Source of the DNA: Ascidiella aspersa
Lineage: Eukaryota
Direction: 5' to 3'
DNA length: 64,000 bases
Assembly (NCBI GenBank): GCA_963924565.1
Contig: OZ004613.1
Span: 21,700,001 to 21,764,000, forward strand
A program made the translations under genes and the position numbers. Positions 15,401 through 26,154 of the stretch are shown in pieces. The notes under the pieces are model-generated. The model was not told the origin of the DNA and made no database searches. It worked only from the letters and a program-made list of their open reading frames with translations. Every line of letters starts with the position of its first letter. Position 1 is the first letter of the stretch.

Positions 15401-16787
15401 TGCACGTAAAACGATTAATTTACTACATAATGTTTTTGGTATTTTTAGTTGAGTTATTGCTCATAATAATCGGGCAAGTTTACCAATTTAAATAGTTTAT
15501 TGTTATATTTTTTTAAGTGATTTGACTTGGGGATGACTTTCTTTAATATTGACTTGACTTGTTATTGTGTGACTTGAATTACACTCAGAAATGACTTGTT
15601 TACAACACTTGTATTAATACTTGTAATTTAATCCATGTGTGTTTGAGAAATCGCATACAAATTTATACAATAAACTCTTGAAGTTTTTTAAATACCTAAA
15701 ACTATATGCTACAAGAGAAGGCTAATCATATTGAAAGATATCAAATTATTCGAAAAACAAGAAACAAGTATCAAAATATCATTGGCCTTTCAACTTGGTA
15801 TTGGGTAGCAGTAAACTTACGTTGCAGCGGCGCATGACGTTTCGTCCGAAGCGTCAGAGCAGTCGTTATATCCGTCGCACACTAGAGCGTACGAAATTGT
15901 AGTTCCGTTACTGCAGGTGTAAACGTCTGAAAAAACATATATTTACACTCACTCGGCTTCGGTTGTGAAATATGGCGCAAAACGCCACTATTAACAGTAA
16001 GCGAACAGAACCCTTGAAGTGTAAGCGCCGCATTAAACGACGCTTCGTAAGTAGACAGTTGTTTATTTTGAATGGGACGGTTAAGCACTTTATTTCCCAC
16101 CAAAGAATCGCAGCGTCTTGTACAAACGCTTTGTAACGAAAGTGATACGTAATATTCAAACCTGTGTTTTTTGCAGAACATTTGTTTAGCCAGTTTACCT
16201 TACGTTGTAGTTTAGTTTCTTTTAACTATTGTTTAAATTTTGACTTGAATGGAATAGAGATTTATTTTTTCTCTCATGCAAATCTTTTCACCCAAATATT
16301 TAAATTTCAACACCCCCCCTAAATTCCAAATGCGCTTTGTTGTTATAGTATTGCATTCTTTTGCAAAACATTAATTCTCCAACGATTCGGTGTAATTAAA
16401 ATCTAGTTTTGTTTTAGTTTGTTTTTTCGATCGTGAGGTTTCAGGAGAACCCAAATATATACTAATGTTTGTGTTGATTGTATAAGAAACAAGTTTGAAT
16501 CGCATATAGTTACCCTGAGGCACCAGTAGAAGAGCCAATTATCTAGTGTAAATACAGCTATAACTGGTATATACTCAATCTCTTTATACAAAACCTCCCT
16601 AAGCTTGCTATATAAAACTTTCAAATCTTTGTGAACAGAGAGAAGAAATCGAAACAAAAATAACACGATTTACAAATATACCATACTTGTGTAAAAATAT
16701 TCTACCGCTTTTCTTACCTGTGCCCTGCGATGCAACTACTGCCAGAAAGCACACAAGTAACCATGTCGTCCATTGGCTCAAAAACAT
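6405..16787 (-). CDS. LDL-receptor class A repeat-containing rhodopsin-class GPCR (GRL101/RXFP-related 7TM, no LRRs), about 941 aa; exons 16787-16718, 15926-15821, 15066-14953, 14283-13974, 12960-12786, 11651-11439, 10268-9934, 7907-6405
   Basis: All 7 introns are GT-AG and phase-compatible (1,2,2,0,1,1,0). Exon 1 is a signal peptide, MFLSQWTTWLLVCFLAVVASQGT. About 10 LDLa modules (e.g. CDGYNDCSDASDE, CDNITDCKDGADE, CDGILDCGDFSDE). 7TM motifs NLSVADGLMG, TDFLCWIP and PINSALNPLLY. Extra exons in intron 1 cannot be excluded. Confidence 0.9.
8335..8667. mobile_element. MITE with CAGGGCTG termini and GAGTC/GACTC subterminal repeats (intron 7 of the GPCR)
   Basis: Ends cagggctgaggagt / gactccgcagccctg; many cgagtc/cgact motifs inside. 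Confidence 0.55.
9298..9566. mobile_element. Palindromic MITE with long (>60 bp) imperfect TIRs
   Basis: cccggttctctttgttttagacgcttgtagcg... pairs with ...cgctgcaagcgttaaaacaaatagaatcggg. Confidence 0.7.
10917..11413. mobile_element. hAT MITE with CAAGT subterminal repeats
   Basis: TIR cagtgttgta / tacaacactg with perfect 8-bp TSD gtaacctc; arrays of caagt(c). Confidence 0.9.
15172..15610. mobile_element. Diverged copy of the CAAGT-repeat MITE in opposite orientation
   Basis: tagtgttgta ... tttacaacact with gacttg arrays; ends match the reverse complement of 10917-11413. Confidence 0.75.
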
Positions 16788-17939
16788 TGCAATTCGTAAA
16801 TAAGTCCGTTTTTTGCGTTTAGTTTGACAACAACGAAAATTATATCTGGTGTACAGTTACCTGACGACAAAAAACCTTAAGTTCCAAATTCTAAAGGTAC
16901 AGTTTCAGCAGCGTATTACCAGACAAAAGTTCAGCTATGCAGGTCAGTCGCGCCTATGGGCATACATTTGTTCGTCTCCCATTCTGGTCATGGTGATAAG
17001 CTAGCACGAAAGACCCAATTAAGCCAATTAAGTTTCTTTCCTTACGAACAAGGCTAAGCCCAACCTTTTCGTTTTCTGACCTATAGCTAGCTTAAAGCAT
17101 GTTATTTATTTTAGTCATCTTTAAGCATATCATTTTTTTCACTTCAGTTGAACATTGTTTAAAACTCTATATACCTAATATAACAGCAAACAAGTGTAAA
17201 AACCTTAATGAAATTGCAAAAAAAACGAAACTTTATATAATTTGCCGAATTACCCTGGCTCAAATCACGAAACACTCCAACAGTCAGCCTGTGCTTTGCG
17301 CACAATTTAAAACTGAGTTTCGAGAAAATTGAATCTCTCTTGGAAATTGAAATCATCAGTCGTCTACGAAAAAAGCCGCTTACTGTTCTGGAACGTTTTT
17401 TCTCCTTTAAGCGCATGACAAAAATCACTCACACGCTTGACGCGTTAAATTCTATCCATTGTTGAATGGGTTAGAGAAAACTGACGTATGTCGCCACCCT
17501 ATAATAGGTGTTTACGGCGAACTATAATCTTGTTTTGCTCATTAAATTCGTATATTTACAAAGCGGCTATCATAACACAAAAAATATAAAAGAAAAGTCA
17601 AAATGCTGCCAATGCCGGCTTTAGTGTCGTTCTTTATAACAGAGTAATATTTAGATTTTCTTTATTTACAAAATATTGCCGCTGCTTATTTTTCTTTGGT
17701 CATAGCTCAGCTAGAGATTACGTTCGGCATTCCATGGAAGATAAACTGTTAAGGTATATTTTAAACTGTTTACTGTGCTTTGTTTACTCGTAGTCAAAAT
17801 GTTTTTGCATTTCGAATTTTGTTTATTTTCTGCAAAATAATTGCTATAAATCCGTAAGCAAACCATTAACGCGTGACGAATCACCTTTAAACTGTTAGAA
17901 AAGCTTGTCCAATGTCTACAAGTTATATGTTGCCTAAGC

Positions 17940-18406
17940 CAGTGGTTCTCAACCGCCGGTCCGCCTCAAATTTGCTGCCGGTCCGCCAAATATATTACAA
18001 TTTTATATCTCAATTACAAAATGTCAAATTTAGAACTTCGCCAGTTACGTAATTCGCAACACTCTGTTACGTAACATAGAGTTGGTCTACTTTTGACTTT
18101 ATCGTACGTCACAATGCTGCAAGTTTTGTGCCTAATTGTTTAAAAGAAGTACAAACTCGTTCAAGTCTTAAACTTTAAGACCAGTTTTATGCGGAAAACT
18201 TTAATAGAACCACGTACAACACATATAATATCAAAAAGACAGTAGCAAATTGCTCATTCGATTAAAGTTTCCATTTATGCTTTTAAGTTTCATACTTTTG
18301 TCGTAATTACATTTTGGGTAGATTTTGATTTTTAAAGGTCCACCGGTCCGCGAAATTTGTTTTGAAATTTTACCGGTCCGTAAGCTAAAAAGGTTTAAAA
18401 CCACTG
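17940..18406. mobile_element. hAT (Charlie-like) MITE
   Basis: TIR cagtggttctcaacc / ggtttaaaaccactg; TSD gcctaagc/gtctaagc. Confidence 0.85.
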
Positions 18407-19517
18407 GTCTAAGCCCTAAGCACACCACACTGACCTACTTCTTTGCTGATGTCACTTCCGCTCTTAGTTAGAACTGTCCTGTGTTTTCAGCATAGTGCTT
18501 GCACGCCAAACTTCGCAAATAAACCTATGCTTCGCTAAGTGACTGTTTTTTGGATGCTCGCACACGTGATGACGGTGAAAGGTTACATAAGGTCATTGTG
18601 GTTTATCGTATTGTTTACCTTAAAGACACTATTTTAACTTCACAAAATTAAATACTTTACATACGATCAATGTTGATTACCAGCAACCGAAAAGCCAGAC
18701 GACACTAACTAATTACTTGGACGATTTTCTTTTAAACCTATATAATTATAAATTTTTTTTAAATATTTTTTTGGCGAAATTGTGACAATTTAGGTATACA
18801 TTGATTTATACAACGCTTTGTTGTATAAATTGCATTAGTGTGCCTTGGAGTTATCAGTCAGTTGTTCGGAGATTTTTTTGTTGTTTTGACTCTCGGCGAA
18901 ACGCAAATTTACTTTTTTTAGGATATGCAAACCTCTTAAAAATGGCCCTATTAGCAAAAAAAAAACAAAAAAACAACGCCAATTCAACAATATCCTTTTT
19001 TAGGAAAAACAAGATGCTGGTTATTTAAGAAAACTGTTTGGTAACAGTTTAATTGAAATGGTAGACATTTAAAACAATTTAAACTGAACAAAAAGTACAA
19101 AAAAATCAGTCTATTTTTTTGTTAACTAATCATTTATATTTCCCTATTTAAAAATATTTAATCCGTACAGTAATCTGGCCGCGAATGCCAGTTCTTGGTG
19201 CAAAAAAAAAAAAAATTGTTAATCTGTAATAACCTAAAGCTATTTAACAACCAAGCTAAAACATATGCGCCAACGCAACCTTTATAATGGCACTAAACTG
19301 CATTTTGTAAACGACTTTGCAAATATTGGCCAAACTTTCACTTTTTTGTGAAGTAAAAAATACTCTCCCTATTGCTTACCAATTGACAAACCCTCGCCTG
19401 ACTAAAGGCCGTAACCATCAATCTCAAGATTTTGACAGCTTTGCTTTGTCTGCGCACGACCCTTTGGCAAATTTCTACGAAGCCATAGTTGCATGGAAAG
19501 AGAGATAATACAAGACC

Positions 19518-19647
19518 GTCACCCGATCCGTTAGAAATTAGTGCATTTCTAAGCAAAAAGGTCTACGACAATTAGGGCATCCAATGGCAGAAAAGTCTAG
19601 ACTTTTAGAGCTTGAGGTCGTGGCAATGCACTAACGGATCGGGTAAC
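19518..19647. repeat. Short inverted repeat / mini-MITE (also at about 50912-51044)
   Basis: gtcacccgatccgttag...ttagtgcatt pairs with aatgcactaacggatcgggtaac. Confidence 0.6.
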
Positions 19648-21351
19648 TCGGGTCAGACCGTGATATTACAGATAATACACGACCGTCTGGGCACGACCGT
19701 TTGACGAATTTCTACCAAGCCTGTTGCATTGAACGAGAGGTGATATCTTCGTTTGTAAACGATTCACCACAGGCGAAATCTACTCCTTTGACAAAGCAAT
19801 TTTCATCTTTAAAAAAGTTGGATATAACGTACAAGGACTAAAACATTGGGTCGTCGTTAGTAGGCAACTGTGTAAAATTTCCTTGTAACAAACTCGAAAA
19901 TTAGGCTAGCACATATAACTCGTTTATTTTAGTCGGTTTCTCTTTCAAGTGACTCGACAGACGATGATATTGGTTATATATTATTATCAGAATGGAAGAT
20001 TTTTATAGAAAAAAACAAAAATTTTAATTACCAGCAACGAAAACCACACCGTCAATAACTAACTACTTGGACGATTATCCGTTAAACCTAAAATGCTGGA
20101 AATTAAAAAACTAAATTTTGACATTTTACGTGTACAATGATTTAACCGGGGTGGTCCAAACCCAGGCCCGACATCATTATTCATGGCCCGCGAAGCACTG
20201 TTGAATTATTGTAATGCGTATAGTTGAGGATCAGCAATCATACTGCAATTGTTTGGTTATGATTATATTTTTTTTTCGGTTACACTATTAAATAAACCAG
20301 ATTACTATCGCTTATCAAGTTCGAATTCAGGGGGTGACAAAGAACGCCTTATTTTTGTGATGTATTAGACCGGTTTGAAAGTCGCACTACGTCCTATATG
20401 GGACTTTTTAAAATGGTTGTTTTGCGAACTTATAAGTTATATTTGCTTTCCGTCTTTAATATGAGCATAACATAAAAATACAGCCCAATATAAATTACTA
20501 TTTCCGCCCCTTCAAAGTAAATGAACGATAAAATATGCCGCGCTTCTGGAAAGTATTGTTTTACAGCAGTGGTTCTCAACCGGGGTGCCCTGGCACTCTA
20601 TAGGGTGCCATTTTTGACGCTCAAGGGTGCCAAAAGATATTTCAAATTCTTTAGGATTTAAATTTTTGCTCTAATAATAAGCTACTTTTGACTACCGGGG
20701 AACGCATTTTTGGTTTTCGAGGATATGCAAATCTCTTAAAAATGCCTCTATTAACAAAATACAAAAACAACAGCCATTCAAATATGTTCATTTTCAAGAA
20801 AAACAAGATGCTGATTATTTAAGAAAATCGTTGGGAACCAGTAACAGTTTAATTGAAATACAAGGTAAACATTTAAAACAAGTTGAACTAAACGAGAAAT
20901 ACAAAAAGTTTATTATATAGTCTTTTGTGAAATATTTGTTTATATTTCCTTAGATCATTAGATCAACCAAAACAAAAAATCAATCCGTACAGTAATCTGG
21001 CCGCGATCGTCAGTTCTTACAAAAAAAGAAAAAAAAATGGTTAACCTGGGATGAACTATGAATTAGTTACCAAACTCCTGATATAGAGGTAACATTTTAT
21101 AACAATGACGAAAAACTAATTTACTGTTGTTGTTTATCCAACTAACAACCGAATTATCTGATCAGCACATTAGTTTTATTCTTTTTTTTATGTCAAAATT
21201 TTTGTAGAGCATTACAGTTTACTGCAGTTCAAGGCTAAAAAAAACACTATATTGAAAAACAAATTTAGGAACACTAAACACGGATCTGTTGATTATCTTC
21301 AGTAGAAAGAGAGTGGCCCAAATAATAGATAAAAGATTCATTCTTTTATTA

Positions 21352-21389
21352 GCAAACGTTTCGGCAATTTCTTTTGCCATCATCAGTGC
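21352..21389 (-). ncRNA. Second identical hammerhead in the inverted pLTR
   Basis: Exact reverse complement of 22340-22377. Confidence 0.8.
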
Positions 21390-21412
21390 AGTAAGTGAGA
21401 CTAAGATAAAAA

Positions 21413-22086
21413 AAGTGCAACTTGTGCGTACACTTATATCACGCGCGTACAAGATTGCCAGCTCGTATGCCAAGATGCACAACGAGTTCCGGAATATCAC
21501 TAATATCCTACTGAAGAATGGCTACCCCATCAATTCAATTGATGCCAACATCAAGTCCTTCCTCCATCGTTTACACTGTGACACGACGGTGAAAGAACCT
21601 ATGGAGAATGCTTTGCGATATATTGCCATAAAACTTGTTTATCTAGGCAATATCAACCACCGCATCAAGAAGGATTTGTCGCGGTTCGTTCTCCGGACCA
21701 CGGAGGGAAAAGTACGTCTCCGGGTAATCGACCTACCGCAAAAGTTGTCAGGACAGTTCTGCAGCATAAAAGACCGACAAAAGCCGTTAAATCAATGCAG
21801 TGTCGTATATCGCCTGAATTGTTCATGCGGCCATTCTTATATCGGCCAGACACGACGTAACCTTCGAACCCGTATGCATGAACACCAGCGTTCGGCGTCC
21901 TCCGAAGTTTGTAAACATTTGCACAGCAATCCTAACCACCGAGTGGACTTCACTTCCCCAGAGATTTTGGGCTCGGCACGAGACCGCTACCGCCTCCTTC
22001 TGCTGGAGTCGCTGCTTATACAGCAGCACAAGCCCGCTCTCAATGTTGACACGGTCTCAGTCCCCCTGTATTTGTTTAATACTTAA
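21413..22086 (+). CDS. C-terminal part of a Penelope-like polyprotein: RT C-terminal/linker region plus GIY-YIG endonuclease (RT core missing)
   Basis: LISRAYKI..., NGYP, VVYRLNCSCGHSYIGQTRRNLRTRMHEH, HLHSNPNH and LESLLIQQHKPALN. The first about 41 codons of the called ORF come from the inverted pLTR. Confidence 0.88.
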
Positions 22087-22339
22087 ATGGTATATTCGCG
22101 CAATTCCATCGTCGTGTTCATATTTTATTTTTAATTTATTACTAATTCCCTCTTACGTGTATCTGTTGCTTCCCATTGACCTCATTGTCTTATCTTTGCC
22201 CTACTTTCGCCTTACTGATGTAATATTTCGTTGCAGTTCTTATCTCCGTTACTTTGCAACTTCCTTTTCTGTTTATATAACGTTCTAAAACGTCCGAGCG
22301 TATATATAGTGACTCGTTTTTATCTTAGTCTCACTTACT

Positions 22340-22377
22340 GCACTGATGATGGCAAAAGAAATTGCCGAAACGTTTGC
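22340..22377 (+). ncRNA. Minimal type I hammerhead ribozyme in the Penelope pLTR
   Basis: gca-CTGATGA-t-ggcaa-aagaaa-ttgcc-GAAAC-GTT-tgc: both core boxes, 5-bp stem II, palindromic loop-less stem III (aaacgttt), short stem I. Confidence 0.8.
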
Positions 22378-22710
22378 TAATAAAAGAATGAATCTTTTAT
22401 CTATTATTTGGGCCACTCTCTTTCTACTGAAGAAAAACAAATTGTTGTTCTAAATATTGATGGTCCTTTCGTTATCTACAATTTCCACGGTAACATAAAA
22501 AAAATAAGCTGACACCATTTTGCATGTTGTTCGAAGGAGGAGAAAGTTTATTTGTCGAGTTTTGATTTCGTGTCAGCGACGGGCGAAATAAATGTATTGA
22601 TTACCATTTAGTATGTCCATTTAAAAACTGGCAAAAAAATCTCGCTGATATTTTAAAGGATGACTATTTTATTTTATCATGAAAGTTTGCAATTCAGTTT
22701 ATTGTTGGCA

Positions 22711-23067
22711 GATTTATGGCTCATTAAGTTTCGTAAAAGCCACAAATAAAATTATATTGCTATTGCCTCGGCATAAAGACATTCATACATATGTTTCCAG
22801 TGGATGTGTGAGATGGTTCATTCTGTCCGGTATTCGATCGCTGATTGGCGGATCTACTTCGATAGGTCAATCTACACACGCGCAAGACGGAGTTACGTCA
22901 CAACTCACGTTCACATATGCTTTCCCGATGCTTCACGCTCGGTCGCGCGCCAAACCCCCCACCCCGAAATGTTCTCTTGTAGACTCGACGGATAGAGCGA
23001 GCGTTATGGATAGAAATAGCGTACGGCCCCTTCCTTAAAAGTGTCTCGAGACGCCTTCAAACACATC
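22711..23067. repeat. GC-richer interspersed block of about 360-420 bp, copy 1 of 4 (others about 33883-34305, 41972-42395, 52970-53390)
   Basis: Direct sequence similarity. The reading frames are not conserved between copies. Confidence 0.85.
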
Positions 23068-23835
23068 CATTTACCCATCATTTTAACTTATTGAGGTCGC
23101 ATTCCGACTCATAGTTTTAGTCAAGTTTCGGTTATATTCCGACGTTGACATTAAATAATTAAATTACACAAGCAAGTGTTCATTTCCGCATTCAAGACAG
23201 TGTCAAAATTTGAAACAATTGGCTTGAAAAACGGAGATTCTACAGTTTCGAAAACCGCCGGTAAAACCCTTGGGACAGTCCTGTTTTATTACAGCTAACA
23301 CGAAACCCATGACTTACATGATCGATAGTTCTAATATGGATCATCTGGAAAAGACAAATGGTTCGTGACAGTGGAGGTTAGTTTCAGCTCACGAAACCTA
23401 ATTTTCGTGGCGGAGCGAAAAACCCAAAAAACTCGGATGACGATGGTTGAGCGGAACTGTCGGAAGAAACACTGCTTAATGTCTTGACTTATTGATCCTT
23501 TGGCAGCGAAATCCGAACAGAAAACCGCCGGATCAATTTTACCGCTAAAACCCAATAACTTGTGGATAACAAGGGTTTAAGTTGTTGAAAGAAGGTAAAT
23601 TTTAATATTTTTGATAAATTAATCTATCCGTTTATTAAATGAATCTATCCAATTAAACCAAGTAGGCCTAAAGAACCTTTTAAAGGTCAAACTTTTATAT
23701 AATTTGTCGGATTACGAAACTGCTTTAGAAAATACTTCTATAACAGGAGAAAATTATATATACACAAAACCCTGCCTAAACTTCTAAACTAGAAATATCT
23801 AGCATTTAAGCAATTGAACTTCTCTCAGTCTAAAC

Positions 23836-23959
23836 CAGGGGTTCATAAACAGTCTATTTGTATTACGATGTCATTTTTTAATTTCTTGCTTACCGTGGTC
23901 CACGCGAAGCAAAAAAACAATTTAGGAGTCCGCGGTGAAAAAAAGTTTAAGAACCCCTG
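23836..23959. mobile_element. hAT MITE, internally deleted (fuller copy at 56706-57009)
   Basis: TIR caggggttc / gaacccctg; TSD gtctaaac. Confidence 0.85.
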
Positions 23960-24160
23960 GTCTAAACCGAATGTAAGAGCACGTCAGAGCCCTAAGAAAA
24001 AACCGAAAAGTTACCATTTTGGCAGGCATTTTTAACTGATGGCGTGACAAAGAAATTGTCGTGTTCTGTTATAACATACAACATGAACTGTTATCACACC
24101 AAGAGTAACGCGCGTTCGTATTTTTGAACTTTCTGGCGATCACGGTTTTTACCTTACCAC

Positions 24161-24182
24161 GCACACACACACGCGCGCGCGC
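24161..24182. repeat. (CA)n(CG)n alternating purine-pyrimidine tract
   Basis: gcacacacacacgcgcgcgcgc. Confidence 0.9.
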
Positions 24183-25574
24183 GGAAAGAGACATATGCAC
24201 AAGCAGCACGCACATACGCACACACTCATACACATTTGTTAGTAAGCCTGTTAAAATAAAAGTGGGTTAGAACCGAGTTTCTTCAGAGGCATTTTTTCGG
24301 ATAACATTATAAACTATAATAGTTACAGTGATGGATACCAACCGATGCCGAGGGGATATTTTCAAAGATAAATATAAAATTTTAAAAACTTTGAAAAAGT
24401 ATCGCATAAGGTTATGAATAATAATATGTTTTTTGCCAAATTTAAGCCTTACTCCCTGACAAATTTATATCTAGCCAGGCATCGTTGGAAAGTTTAATTC
24501 CTGCGCTTCAAAAAAAATCTAGTTTCAACCTGGGATAAAATTATTAATTTAATTTTTATGGCGAATATTACTATTGCATATTAATATGTTTTTAAATAAT
24601 AATTTTGTTTTCAAAAATTTGAAAAATATAGTCCAGTCTTTAGACGGTGTTAAATATTTTTCGGAAAAATTTATACGTAAATAAGTTTATTTTGGCGTTA
24701 AAATAATCTGGCAGAATTTTTTTTGCTGACCAGCTTTTTGTCCTAGTGCCTACAGTGCTTCAATTTTACCACATCATTCAGTCGGGGAAATTCCCTCACA
24801 GGAAAATATTAACGTCACACGACTGCAAGGATTTGAAGGTACAATTTCGCTAGAGCGATCTCACGATATCTTTAAGGGATCCTTCGACATCGCGTTTCAG
24901 GTAGACCCCTATCTCTAAATTCCTTTACCTAAGGCGTTCTCTCGTGGTGTATTGAGCTTTATTTGGAACGCAAATTAGCTTTTTAAGTCGAAAGACTTTA
25001 TTAAGTTAAGCATACCAAAAATATCCTTGCATCACTGATTAAATGTTTATGAGAACCACTGATCCATCCCCTTCAGTATAATTTTCGTCATTAACAGCGT
25101 TAACTTATGTAAAAAAAAAAGACAAAATGTAAGGGGTATGTAATGTAAAAAGAAAAACCTGTTTTCGGAATAAACACGGTTTAAGTATTAAGTAGACCTA
25201 CACTTTAGCGTTATGATTACTAATTCAAGGTTGTCAACAACTCGTGGCATACATGTAAGCAAATTCGACTGGTGCATGACCAGTCCAACTGTAACCTCAA
25301 TTATTCTATGTAAGTATAAATAGTTGTTTCATAGCGACGTCCCTCATTGTATTATTAAGTTACCAAGTTAATGCTTTTTAACTTATTGCTGTTAATTATA
25401 TCATAACGTTTTGTTTGTTTTATGCAAATCTATTTAACTAAAGGCGCTATATAAATAATTGCACGTTCGGCCTTCCTTATTTGCCAATTTAAACTAAATT
25501 TACGCAATTTTTGGATTTCACCTACCTATTTTTGCACGAGTTTGACCGAGAACAACGCTAAATCACAAAATTAA

Positions 25575-25576
<2 letters not shown>

Positions 25577-25605
<29 letters not shown>
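25577..25605. repeat. (AT)n microsatellite, longer than in the paralogue near 58427
   Basis: Direct observation. Confidence 0.9.
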
Positions 25606-25607
<2 letters not shown>

Positions 25608-26154
25608 ATTTATTTTGTTAATAACGCTCTAATGCTTTCATCAACTCAATTTATCGCCTTGAACGTATTTAGTCTTTTTTCTTATATTCAGTATACTCGT
25701 TAATACAAGAGTAATTTTGAGTGTAATTTTTAAGGCCTTACCAAATGTGGATGACGTGTAAAACACCTTGTGTGTTTTCTCGTCGGTTTTTTGGGGGGAT
25801 TTTCTGGCACTTTTCCCGTGATGTATTAAGTATCAACCAAAAAATTATGTTGCACTTAGTTTGAGGTTTACACACCAAACGTACATACAAATGCTATATT
25901 TTGTAACGAAAATATCACAATAAGAGTAACGCAATAGTGTGCGGTGTGAACTTTAAATAAAATCGAATGACAAATGCTTGTTTTTCGTCGTCTCCCTAAT
26001 TCTCTAATAAAGAACCTATACCGACATAAATATATATATAAAATTTATTAAAAAAGTCATGAAATACAAAATAATAAACATTTAAGCGTCTTTTCGGCGC
26101 CGGCCGAATGGTTGTGATCCTTGCGATCACATTGTCTTTAGAGAAATATATCAC

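Larger units (their letters stand above)
21266..22433 (+). mobile_element. 5'-truncated Penelope-like retroelement with inverted pseudo-LTR
   Basis: GIY-YIG ORF; perfect inverted repeat of about 117 bp (21296-21412 / 22317-22433); 30-nt extension at 21266-21295; 12-bp TSD gaaaaacaaatt (21254-21265, 22432-22443); absent from the paralogous site near 52165. Confidence 0.92.

Noticed and set aside
15882-16181. Possible extra GPCR exon in intron 1
   Set aside because: It would need an intron of about 25 nt before exon 2. Exon 1 already joins exon 2 in phase.
21219-21500. Hydrophobic 93-aa minus-strand ORF
   Set aside because: Antisense read-through of the Penelope ORF and inverted pLTR.
21296-22433. 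DNA transposon with 117-bp TIRs
   Set aside because: The inverted repeats are pLTR copies with hammerheads and the ORF is GIY-YIG, not a DDE transposase.
22820-22845. tRNA/SINE B-box-like ggtattcgatcgc
   Set aside because: Deviates from GTTCGA, has no good A box or cloverleaf, and is not conserved across copies.
22679-23038. ORFs of 94-119 aa in the four-copy block (also 33869, 41958, 52938)
   Set aside because: Start context and frames differ among copies (frameshifts in the 3' half) and no domain is evident.
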